Below are positions 23,020 to 33,795 of a DNA stretch of 43,487 nt, piece after piece (position 1 is the stretch's first letter; every line of letters starts with the position of its first letter). Below the pieces are notes generated by a model, which was not told the origin of the DNA, searched no databases, and was given only the letters and a program-made list of their open reading frames with translations. The position numbers and the translations under genes were made by a program. This DNA is from Octopus bimaculoides (lineage: Eukaryota): NCBI RefSeq assembly GCF_001194135.2, contig NC_068985.1, positions 5,257,872 to 5,301,358 on the forward strand, written 5' to 3'.

Positions 23020-23452
23020 ATTTGAAGCACTCGCCAAGGGCCTGGATTCTATATCGTCAACTATATTCTACCATAAAATATCCTGGCCCCCTACATTTCA
23101 CTACCTTAACCCGTGAATTGCAACAGATGTGTTATCCTGGTGAGTTAGACTACGGGTAGCATGTCTAATTGCACAACTGCTGCAGATTTCTTACTAGGCT
23201 ACATAAGATATTCGCAAGGAAATACACAACACCGTGTAATATCAAAATGAGTGATTGAAATTTACATGAGTGGCAACAAGACTTGAACAAATATTAACAT
23301 TTGTAAAATTGCAGGTTTAGAATAAATATAAGGAAATTTCATAGGTTTCTTCTATCTATCGACTATTTGTTTTGTACAGCACAATACCAAAATATAACAA
23401 AAAAAAAAAACGAATTCGACTCGGGTTTTCGGAGATACATCCGCTACTGTTT

Positions 23453-24082
23453 AAGGCAAGCTGACAGAATCATTTGCACGCCGGGGAAAATGTTTCGTGT
23501 CATTTCGTCCGTCTTTACGTTCTGAGCTTGAATTCCGCCGAAGTAGACTTAGTCTTTCAAGCTTTCGGGATCGATAAAATAAGTACCAGTTGAGCACTGA
23601 GGTCGTTGTAATCGATTTAGTCGTTTCTCGAAATTGCTTTCCTTCTGCCAAAATTTGAACATATTATTCCTTTCTACTCTAGACAAAAGGCCCGAAATTT
23701 TGGGGAAGATCGACCCCAGTACGCAACTGGTACTTAATTTATCGACGCCGAAAGGAAGAAAAGCAAACTCGATTCGGTGGAATTTGAACCCAGGAAGTAA
23801 AGACGGACGAAATACCGCTAAGCTTTTCGCCCGGCGTGCTATCGTTTCTTATTTCTTTATTGCCCACAAGGGGCTAAACATAGAGGGGACAAACAAGGAC
23901 AGACAAACGGATTAAGTCGATTACATCGACTCCAGTGCGTAACTGGTTCTTAATTTATCGACCCCGAAAGGATGAAAGGCAAAGTCGACCTCGGCAGAAT
24001 TTGAACTAAGAACGTAACGCCAGACGAAACACCGCTAAGCATTTCGCCCGGCGTGCTAACGGTTCTGCCAGCTCGCCGCCTT
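23453..24082. mobile_element. Cluster of three SINE B copies: 23453-23663 (+, tail i), 23662-23849 (-, tail ii), 23850-24082 (-, tail iii)
   Basis: Shared head and central domain, three different 3' ends. Confidence 0.9.
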
Positions 24083-24164
24083 AATTTGATCCCGCTATCA
24101 TATTATGTCGTCATCGGCTTTATATTGTATCTGAGAATTTATTTTCTTCTTTGCTGAACGCTTC

Positions 24165-24475
24165 CTTTATGGTGATGCCGTTGATGACTCTGTAGACCAA
24201 TTCTTGCGTAAAAGAATCGATGGCATTGACTGCATCGCAATATTGGTGGAGGACGACGTTGGTTTTGTCCAGCCTTTCTCTCTTGTTGGATTTCTTCGTT
24301 TTCTCTTTTGGTAGCGTCGAAGTCTTTGATTCCGATGGTGATGGAACACCATCTCTTGCTACGGTCTCGAGCTTGCGTTTCAAGCAACTTAGGCTCAACT
24401 CCAGTGACTTTCAGTGTTGTTTCGAGTTGGTCCTTGTATATTCCAAGAGGGCAACTCCGTGGTCTTTACTCTTCG
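24165..24475 (-). mobile_element. RTE-clade LINE 3' end
   Basis: YKDQLETTLKVTGV..LETQARDRSKRW..GIKDFD..RK..RCSQCHRFFYARIGLQSHQRHH (RTE C-terminal C2H2 finger). Confidence 0.85.
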
Positions 24476-25509
24476 TGGCTCTTCACTCTTCGATTCTGAC
24501 CATCGAAGAGATTATATTATGTAATGTACGTGTAAATTTATGTCTCGAAGTATACCATTGCCATCAGCAGCCGTGATTTATGCTTGTATTTCAATTCGCA
24601 ACCGAAAGACCATCAGCAGCGCAGAAGATAATGTCCACAATATATCCTGTTCATAGCCTACTGGCGTTATTTTCTCCGCTTTAGCTAGTCGCTGGTTCCT
24701 TTTTTTTTCTCCACACTTTTATATTTTGCTGCTCTGATCTGGGCCAAAAGACATTTCTTCTTTAGTATTTTGATCTCACAAATTCTCTAATTGGTTCAAT
24801 GTTTTAACTAGCTGTAACCTAGAACTCTTTACCTTGGCCATAGACAGAACGTATTAAACAAGTGTTCATTACTTAAGAACTTTCAGAGACATGAAAAGCT
24901 TTCATTGAAATGATATATCTTGTTTCTTTATTTGTAACCTCCTTTCTTTGTCATTCTCATATCTTAGTGAATGACGTGACAGATTGTCTTGCAATAACCA
25001 GTTGTATTTTGTTTCTAGTTGTGTTCTCAATACTAATTGTTACGTATGAAGTAAGAAATATAAACTCGCCCCCTACTGAGTGAATAATGTGAAATCGGTA
25101 AACAACTGATATAATAGGTGTAAATGTATATCTGTGTGTTCATAGAAAATATGTCCTCACTTACATGCGGTTAGGGACGGAGATAACTCACAGCACCTAT
25201 AAACAACTTACGTACATACAACGAAAGCAGAAATATGTCATATGAATATGAGCACACATGAAGATACATTACCATAAACACATATGATGTCACCACTTCT
25301 CCAAATACAATCACATGTTCACACAATACGACAACAAATTCAATGTACCAAAAAGCACATGTGTTCATACGGACTAAAAAACCATTGGACACGAACTGGA
25401 GGAGTTCTGTTTAGTTTTGGCATTTGTCTAACAACGTTTAATGAAATTGTTTTCTAACTTTGATGGACGGCCCTGGCTGAATCCTCATATTTTCCCTTTT
25501 TCTTCACAG

Positions 25510-25779
25510 CAAAGAACTAATCTAAAAAGACTTGTCATTCTGCTTCGTGGTCCCAGCAGGCAAAATGGCAAAAGCGTTTCCGCGGAGGACGCCAAGGGAC
25601 AAGCGCTGGAACAGGCACACCGACTTATGTATCAACTGCTTGCGGAAACCACCTCCGCCCCGATAGCAATGAGCTTGGATGTGGTCCGAAAAGGCCGAGA
25701 ACGCCGGAGGTTTCCTCTGCAAATGGCTTGACCACTAACCTATCAGAAAGCGGCCGACACCTTGACAGTTTGCCCTTCA
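25510..25779 (+). other. Candidate exon (GC-rich; 5'UTR or terminal coding exon)
   Basis: Very strong acceptor ttttccctttttcttcacag| and donor CA|gtatgt; frame 0 is open for 73 codons to TGA at 25729-31. Confidence 0.4.
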
Positions 25780-25809
25780 GTATGTACCAGACAGAAATTC
25801 TTTATTTTT

Positions 25810-26005
25810 TTATTCTTTCATTTGTTTCAGTTATTTGACTGCGGAAATGCTGGAGCACCAATTATTCTAATCGGTGTCTTTTGCCGAACCGCTAATTTAC
25901 GGGGCACATAAACACACCAACATCAGTTGTAAGGCGATGGTGGTGGTGGAACAAACACGGACACGCATACATATTACATACATGCATGGACACACACACA
26001 CACGC

Positions 26006-26041
<36 letters not shown>

Positions 26042-26406
26042 NNNNNNNNNNNNNNNNNNNNNNNNNNNNNNNNNNNNNNNNNNNNNNNNNNNNNNNNNNN
26101 NNNNNNNNNNNNNNNNNNNNNNNNNNNNNNNNNNNNNNNNNNNNNNNNNNNNNNNNNNNNNNNNNNNNNNNNNNNNNNNNNNNNNNNNNNNNNNNNNNNN
26201 NNNNNNNNNNNNNNNNNNNNNNNNNNNNNNNNNNNNNNNNNNNNNNNNNNNNNNNNNNNNNNNNNNNNNNNNNNNNNNNNNNNNNNNNNNNNNNNNNNNN
26301 NNNNNNNNNNNNNNNNNNNNNNNNNNNNNNNNNNNNNNNNNNNNNNNNNNNNNNNNNNNNNNNNNNNNNNNNNNNNNNNNNGTGTGTGTGTGTGAGTGTG
26401 TGTGTA

Positions 26407-26451
<45 letters not shown>

Positions 26452-26623
26452 GACGAGCTTCTTTCAGTTTCTGTCTACCAAATCCTCTCACAAGGCTTTG
26501 GTCGGCCCGAGGCTATAGTAAAAGACACTAGCCCGAGGCACCATGGAACCCGGAACCATGTGGTTGGTAAGCAAGCTACTTACCGCACAGCCACTTCTGT
26601 ACCTATGGCCACACCTGCGCCTA
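25810..26623 (-). mobile_element. SINE family A spanning gap N 26042-26381 (may be two copies)
   Basis: Tail half left of the gap and head half right of it, same orientation. Confidence 0.85.
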
Positions 26624-26752
26624 TATCGGACAGTAAAGAAAAACATATCACCATCGAAAGACTACAGATATGTCGCAAAGAAATTTAAAAAAATATATTT
26701 ATTAATGAATAATGAGTTTGTTATAACCTGTACACTGGTTTATTATTTACAG

Positions 26753-26822
26753 CAAATCTCTTCCACAATGCAACCCTCTACAGAAAACCTACATCAGGCA
26801 GCGAACGGAGCCAATCGACAAA
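26753..26822 (+). other. Candidate 70-nt exon
   Basis: tttattatttacag|...CAAA|gtagga; all three frames open to the donor. Confidence 0.25.
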
Positions 26823-26927
26823 GTAGGAGATAAACTGCATTGCGTGCTCGTTCCAACTCCTATGCACATTATGTCCAAAAAGGACACAGTCCAACTTTTG
26901 GGGTCAATAAACAAAATCCAACACACT

Positions 26928-27120
26928 GAATCGTTAACATCCCGGACGAAATGCTGCTAAGCATTTTGTCCGTCTTTACCTTCTGAGTTCAAATTCCACC
27001 AAGATCGACTTTACCATTCGTCCAATCGTGTCGATAAAATAAGTACCGATCAAGTATAAGGATGAATGTAATCGACTTACCAACCCCACCGCATCCCCAA
27101 AAGCTGCTGGCCTTGTGTCA
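26928..27120 (+). mobile_element. SINE family B (diverged), tail type i
   Basis: Matches the B consensus. Confidence 0.8.
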
Positions 27121-27189
27121 CGCCTGTGCTGTGGCTTATTTATAGCTTTCATCGTTTCTACCTGTCCTTCTGTTCCTCTCTCCTTTCAG

Positions 27190-27295
27190 AAGAAATTGGT
27201 TGTCGTCAGACCTGGAGAGAGATGAACACCAGCAGGTGTAAAAATGCCTGACACACGCCCTATGTTACAAGGCACCGCTATAACTCTTTTCATTT
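27190..27295 (+). CDS. Candidate start-codon exon: 5'UTR + MPDTRPMLQGTAITLFI (ATG 27244), phase-1 donor
   Basis: Strong acceptor ccttctgttcctctctcctttcag|, aaaATG context, donor TTT|gtatgt; the hydrophobic end is compatible with the start of a signal peptide. Confidence 0.45.
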
Positions 27296-28540
27296 GTATG
27301 TTTTTCTGTATGCGTGTGTGTGTGTGTGTGTGCGTATGTGTGTGTGTGCGTATGTGTGTATGTGTGTGCGTGTGTGTGTATATGTGTCCTCGAGAGACTG
27401 TGTTGTTCTATGGTTTTGACAATTTCAATAACATTACCGTTGTTTCTGCGTAATGTCGCAACAATATATTAGATATTTGACAGGTAATGAGATTTATGCA
27501 ATAAAAACAATACGTTTATAAACAACATATACATCAAGAACATAAGAAGAAAAGAAAAGAAAAGAAAATAGCCGGACGCAAGACATGGTTGTTGGTCTCT
27601 AATAAATCTTCTTTCTGACTGCATAAAATTTGCGCCGACTTCCATTGGAATTCATCTACCACAGCCATAATAGAATTTCATCTGATTTTTCTCGCTTCTT
27701 TTTCACTTGGGATTCATAAAAATGACTTATATTAAAATTTTCCTTTCAATAATAGTTATTTTCCAGAAAATACTCATTTGGGGTTTTGTTTCGTGTTTAC
27801 TTTCATATAAAAGTCCTATATCTAGAATGAAGTTAATCTTGAAAAGAAGCAAATAACAAACAAAACTAACAACCATGAGAATAAGGAAACAAGTCTTCTG
27901 TAAGCATCATTTTCTTTTTCATACATTTACAAGAGCTGAAACTATAGCTATGTGTAACCACGTGTAATTTTCGTGATTTTTACAAGTGGGGTAATATTCC
28001 TAAAAATGCAAGTATATGTTATAGTTAATAACTAACTTGTCAGAAAATAAATTCGTTATTATTGCAGAATATATTTATAACTCTCGTCTGCTTCGATGTT
28101 TACCATAAGTATAAACTTGGGCACGAACGAAACCGAATGATGTAACAAGCTGAATATGATCAGAATTGGTCTCAGAAGTGTCTTATATGTTACAAATATG
28201 TGATAGAGGGTGGGGACTATCAAAATCTAACGGAAGAGTTCGAATAGGACAACTAATAGTCGATTCGATACTTGTAAAAGATAGCTGCATAGCTTTAAGT
28301 AGATGATTGTGAGATTTCCTGTTTGCGAAGCAAAATTTTAATATCATTAGGTTGTACTTGTGCATATATGAACATTGTTATATAGCTATACTCATATCAC
28401 GTCACACACATATAAAGGAATATGAAGTGATGTGGGTCTTGTGGTACAGAGAACAAAGTTATTTGGATTATTTCTCCAAATAACCCAGTTGCCCGCTTAT
28501 TGAGCCAATCTCATTTCTGAAATAGAAACAACCCGCCCCG

Positions 28541-28849
28541 GGTGACTGTTCCAGTTGATCCGACCGACGGAACAGCCTGCTCGTGTAATCAACGTGTAAG
28601 TGGCCCTAAGTGGCTGAGTACTTCACAGACACGCGTACCCTTAACGTAATTCTCAGGGAGATTCGGTATGATTCAGGATGTAACATGGATGGCCATTTGA
28701 AAGACAGGTACAACTCATATTTTTCATGTGCGTGGACTGGAGCAACTGGAAATAAAGTGCCTTGCTCGGTGACACAACGCACTGCCGGGAATCGAACTCA
28801 CAACCTAATGAGCGCAAGCCGAATACCCAATCCACTAAGTCATGCGCCT
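28541..28849 (-). mobile_element. SINE family C body with a different (CORE-like) head, type 2
   Basis: Body matches 20479-20580; head on minus strand: aggcgcatgacttagtgg..gagttcgattcccggc..gagcaaggcactttatttcc. Confidence 0.8.
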
Positions 28850-29880
28850 TTACCTGCCCTAACTCTATGGCACAGCTAAACTACTGGGAAAAGCAGGATT
28901 CTTCAAGATTTTGCTTAAAGAAGAGTGTCAAATACGCAGCGATTTATAGGTGAAGAAAAGGTTCAAGACCAATGTCGGCTCGTCGATAAAATTAGTGGGG
29001 GGTGGGGGTGGGGTTGCTTCAGAAAAATTGTTTTAATATTGTGCAAAAGGAAACAAACATATTAAAAGAAACTTAACACATAAACTTGATCGGTTCGTGT
29101 TTTAGTCACCGCCAGGAACTGTGTTTAATTTCTTCACTGAACCTCACCGCGAATTCCCCCTTGTTTTTCAAAAATCCCCCTTAAATCACAACATAAGGGG
29201 GGGGGGGATCTGCCCTATTTTTCAAATTCTGGCAGCAACAGTGTAGCTGGAAGCAGGATAATAATCTAATTCTACACTTTATCACATTCAAGAATATAAA
29301 CACGCTTTAAAGCTCGCAGAATCAAGGAGAAACACTAATTTTCACCAGCACACAGTGGTCGGCATTGCGTGAACGATAGTGATCTCTCTCCCTAGCGTGC
29401 AGCTTCCTATCTCGGACATGTGAGCATGTGCACAACAGCCAAACACTCGGAACTGTGAAGTGCACAGTTTTATACAAGGATTTTTGTATTTTTTTCATAA
29501 ACTAGGGGATGACTGCTGACATTAAGCTTAAGGTTTATATAATGTACAAGGATAAAGAAAGGATTAAAGAAAAAAAGGACTCATTATATTGGGTGGAAAT
29601 AGTGGGTGCTGCAGTGTCGCCACTGGGTTCAAGTGATACACATGAACATCAACATTTATGAAATTCTTTGAATTACGTGCCAATAACGAAAGCAAACGTC
29701 ACGCCCCTTCTGTAGCAAAATAACAGGAGATAAACGCTCGTTGCGTCCAAAGAAACATAACTTGTTTGAATTTTTGGATACTTTCTCACAACAGTCACGT
29801 GATATGCATTGGGGTTAAATATTAAGAAGAAAAAACATCGAACAACGTGTTTCCTGGATTACAGCCGACTTGGTGCCAAA

Positions 29881-29889
29881 ATCATCATC

Positions 29890-29926
<37 letters not shown>
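29881..29926. repeat. (CAT)n
   Basis: Direct. Confidence 0.95.
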
Positions 29927-30118
29927 ACGACAGCGACAACAACAAAGGGAACAACTTACGAGGGATTACGATTTTTCATTAAATAGAGATTATGTACGGT
30001 GCTTATCTTGGGTGACAACGACAGTAATAAATTATCATTTGTATGTGTTGCCTAGCACAACTTCATCTATTATTGTCTTGTGATACATGTGTGTGTGATT
30101 GTGCGTGTGTGTGTGTGT

Positions 30119-30152
<34 letters not shown>

Positions 30153-30399
30153 TTTACAGCAGTTTCTTACAACATGCTGTCAGTTGAAATAACAGGTTAT
30201 TTTGTTGGGGGAGGGTGAAGACTATCTCAAATACAGTGAAATAGATATCTAAGTACTTTAATTACAATGCTTCAATCTATGTCCTCAGGTGTGTGTGTGC
30301 ACTACCTGTATTCCTCTATCCAACGTACACGATAATTATCTTGTATATTCCCGCATCTACATGTATTATTCAAACGGATGCTAATTATTGCTCTCTATA

Positions 30400-30435
<36 letters not shown>

Positions 30436-30526
30436 AATATCTTACACTCTCTCTTACATTGGCCCACTGTCAAAACTACAGACACTCTCATACGCCCGCG
30501 CACGCATATATACAAGCACCTGGGCG

Positions 30527-30560
<34 letters not shown>

Positions 30561-30654
30561 ACACGCACCACACAATTATTTCTAGTTAGCTTTGTAATGC
30601 TTCCTGCATTAAATTTGTTAACACTATCACAACCTGTGTATTTATTTATCCATG

Positions 30655-30655
30655 C

Positions 30656-30700
<45 letters not shown>

Positions 30701-30701
30701 C

Positions 30702-30746
<45 letters not shown>

Positions 30747-30767
30747 CATCCATCCATCCATCCATCC

Positions 30768-30815
<48 letters not shown>

Positions 30816-30971
30816 CTATCTATCTATCTTTCTCTATCTATCTATCATCGTCTGTCTGTCTGTCTGTCTGTCTGTCNNNNNNNNNNNNNNNNNNNNNNNN
30901 NNNNNNNNNNNNNNNNNNNNNNNNNNNNNNNNNNNNNNNNNNNNNNNNNNNNNNNNNNNNNNNNNNNNNNN

Positions 30972-31012
<41 letters not shown>
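30655..31012. repeat. (TATC)n/(CATC)n/(TCTG)n tetranucleotide array, gap N 30877-30971, (TA)n
   Basis: Direct. Confidence 0.95.
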
Positions 31013-31017
<5 letters not shown>

Positions 31018-31931
31018 TGCATGTTCGTACATTCGATACATACAAAAGCAGAAACGTACTTCTGCGAGTGTGTATACTTCAATGTAAGTATGAATGGTGA
31101 AAAGGACTTATTAAGACGGAACTTTTTAGATAACAATAACCGCCTGATAACCTTATCTGCGATAATGATTTGATAAAAGTCAAGTGAAAACAAGCAGTAG
31201 GAGTTAATTCCCCCTCTTCACTTCTTCTTCAGTTGCTGGAGGTAATTTCTAGCCCACCTACCAACAACAGTCTTTCTCGACTTTTACACTTTTGTTAACT
31301 TCAAAAATTGTTTTGTTAATTTTTCCATCTGTCAGTTCATTATTAATGAGGTATTCAACAATAAAGCTCACTGACATAGCATTTGCCATTATCTTGCCGA
31401 CAGGAATGTTATCACAAATTCTAATGAGATGATTGTTGGGTGGACAACCAATATACATCAAGAGATAATGAATGCCTGGCGTATGTGATAAGTGCGTTGT
31501 GCCACACGGATACCAGACATACAAACACAAATCTTTCACACAAATACACACACACACACCCACATTTATTATATATTACAAATATATTACAATGAGGTTT
31601 TCTGTCTCCCTCTCTTTCCTCCTCCTCTCTTGTATGTATATTCTTATGTTCTTTTTCTCTTTTTAATTTAGATTTAAGTTCACCTGCTGGTTTTACTCAT
31701 AATTTTGAGGAGATCTTGCAGGTTTTTATACCCCTACACATTGTGATCATCTGTAGTGTATAAATTAAGGATTTAGGTTTTCACGCCAAGAATCCAAGTT
31801 CAGCCATACTTCAGATGGGTCGGTATGTATCCTGTTGCTCCAATAATAATAGGTATGAAACTGAAAGTGCATCTTGGTTACTGAATTTGCAAACCCCTTA
31901 TCAACGGTCCAATGATGTCCTCTTTCTCCAG

Positions 31932-31986
31932 GATTATTTTCAGATCACATTGCTGTGCAGATGGCAGCTGTTTACCACAACGGAAT
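31932..31986 (+). CDS. Candidate exon (G)LFSDHIAVQMAAVYHNG
   Basis: Acceptor cctctttctccag|, weak donor AT|gtatat; the peptide resembles the GLF..AFxxAxxxHN start of iGluR N-terminal domains (by eye). Confidence 0.3.
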
Positions 31987-32284
31987 GTATATTTTCTTGT
32001 AGCGTCACGCAAAAATAGCCCTACCGGTTGTGTTTTAATTTGGTGGCTGTTTTAATTTCTAAGTGTCACCAACATTCTTTTGACCCATTAGTCTCAATAT
32101 AGTCAACATTATCTACTGAGATTTTCTTTTCCTCCTATTTTATTCTAAATTATTTCGGTCACCACATCATGACATATGGGAAAATAGCAACTAGGAGTTG
32201 GCAATAATGGGGGTCTTCAGTTTTAGTTTTGCACACTCAACATTTGTTACCCATCATTGTAGTTATGCCGTTTATGCGCTAAAT

Positions 32285-32608
32285 GAGGCCTAACCAACTC
32301 GAATTACATTGCGGGCCACTTTAATATCACAGAAAGATTTTTGAGGGCCGCTTAGATAATGACAGAATGAAAGCATTTTGCATTCTCATGCTTTTATTAC
32401 AATAATGAAGGAGTGATCGTTGATTCGACATGAAATATTATCGTTACAAAAACAATAGTATCTTTCTTTTTTACTTTTCATTACAATCTTTAATTTTTGA
32501 TAAAAGTTTTAAAATGTTTGTTTGAATAACCCCATTTCTAGAAAGTATCAAGCGGACCTCAATATAAATGACGTATGCGGCCCCCGGGCCTCAAGTTGGT
32601 TTGCCCTG
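32285..32608. mobile_element. hAT-superfamily MITE
   Basis: TIRs gaggcctaaccaac / gttggtttgccctg (11/14), subterminal gcgggcc and gcggcccccgggcc motifs, 8-bp TSD cgctaaat (32277-84) / cgctagat (32609-16). Confidence 0.85.
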
Positions 32609-32747
32609 CGCTAGATATTTGATGGGGATTGTCTTGTTCTTGAAGTGTATAGAGGTAGTTTTCACAAATTTGTCGGTATTTCATGCCTGGCCTTTTATGC
32701 TCTAAAATTGAACAAGATATTTACTGGCCACATTCCTCTCTCTGCAG

Positions 32748-32879
32748 ATGTTGCTTCATTCTTACAATAAATATTTCATATGACATCAATGCAGATTTAA
32801 CACCACGGTCCATCCTTGACTGGGAACTACAGCCTGTCGATATCGTCATTGATGTTGAAGATTCTAGTAACAACGAGAG
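32748..32879 (+). CDS. Candidate exon ..DINADLTPRSILDWELQPVDIVIDVEDSSNNE, iGluR/ANF-receptor (PBP1-fold) N-terminal domain-like
   Basis: Acceptor cattcctctctctgcag| (alternative at 32795), donor GAG|gtttgc, open frame; the pattern IN..LxPxxxLx[YW][DE]xQxI..DS resembles kainate/AMPA-type amino-terminal domains as recalled, not searched. Confidence 0.4.
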
Positions 32880-33750
32880 GTTTGCATTAATCTGTCTTTT
32901 TCGTTAAACTTTTACACTGACCAGTTTAGAAGGCTAGATGTATGCATTGGGATAGGCACTGCAAAGGTGTTGAGGGCGATATACTTGTATTCCGAGAGTT
33001 TAGAATTTAAATCTCTGAAGACATTCATTTATTATTGTTTTCTCCTTATTGACGGGTATATCACAACTGACTTTCCTATCGTATCGAAGACGATTAGAAA
33101 TTTCACGGGAAAATAAAGATTATTTTTAGGTCATTCACGTTTAGTAATTTGGAAGAAATAGACATTTGGACTCAGCATCGGCTGAACACCGGATCCTAAC
33201 CACTTCAGCACAGACAGACTTTTTATCAGTTTGTCGCCACGCAGTAGACCGTTTTGACTTCTGGAAGCTCTAAGAATTTTAGCAGAAATCTTTCCTACAC
33301 GCTTTTGTTTATGCACTTTCACACACAGGAATAACACCTTCCACGTTGATTTTGTCCTCCCCATCCATCACCAGATACTTCATGCTTAATTTTATACTTT
33401 TATTCCAATACATTTACACATGCTATTACATCGAACACGCTTTTAACCTACCCATTAAACAATTACACACACACCAACGCCGCACTAGACAACGCTGTTA
33501 TGCGTCCACTCCTGCACATATCTAATCATGTATGCCACACTAATACACACACGTAAACCCCACTCTCCTTTATGCTTCCAGGCACAAATACACCTTGGTT
33601 CATGCACCTATACACCACCCCTCTCCTTTCTTCTCAGCTCGCGCCATACAACATTTCTTTTGAATTCTAACGATTTGCCTTTCGCCTGTGTCCAATCTTC
33701 TCTTTTATATACTCACTGTTTTTCTCTCTCTGTCTACGCTTGTCTGTTTC

Positions 33751-33795
33751 TTTCCTTCCTTATGATGAAAGATTAACATCCGAAACGTTAAGATA
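33751..33795 (+). ncRNA. Degenerate minimal hammerhead motif at the end of a pyrimidine-rich PLE-like segment
   Basis: ATGATGA (33762-68; C3>A), AA, GAT-taac-ATC, C, GAAAC-GTT, stem I CTT/AAG. Confidence 0.55.

Noticed and set aside
25171-25392. Hydrophobic minus-strand ORF
   Set aside because: TG-rich low-information sequence with no recognisable motif.
29847-30083. Poly-His ORF
   Set aside because: Produced by the (CAT)n microsatellite.
33131-33400. Minus-strand frames incl. SGDGWGGQNQ (DxCxGQN-like transposase motif)
   Set aside because: A single short motif followed by a stop, with no other transposase features.
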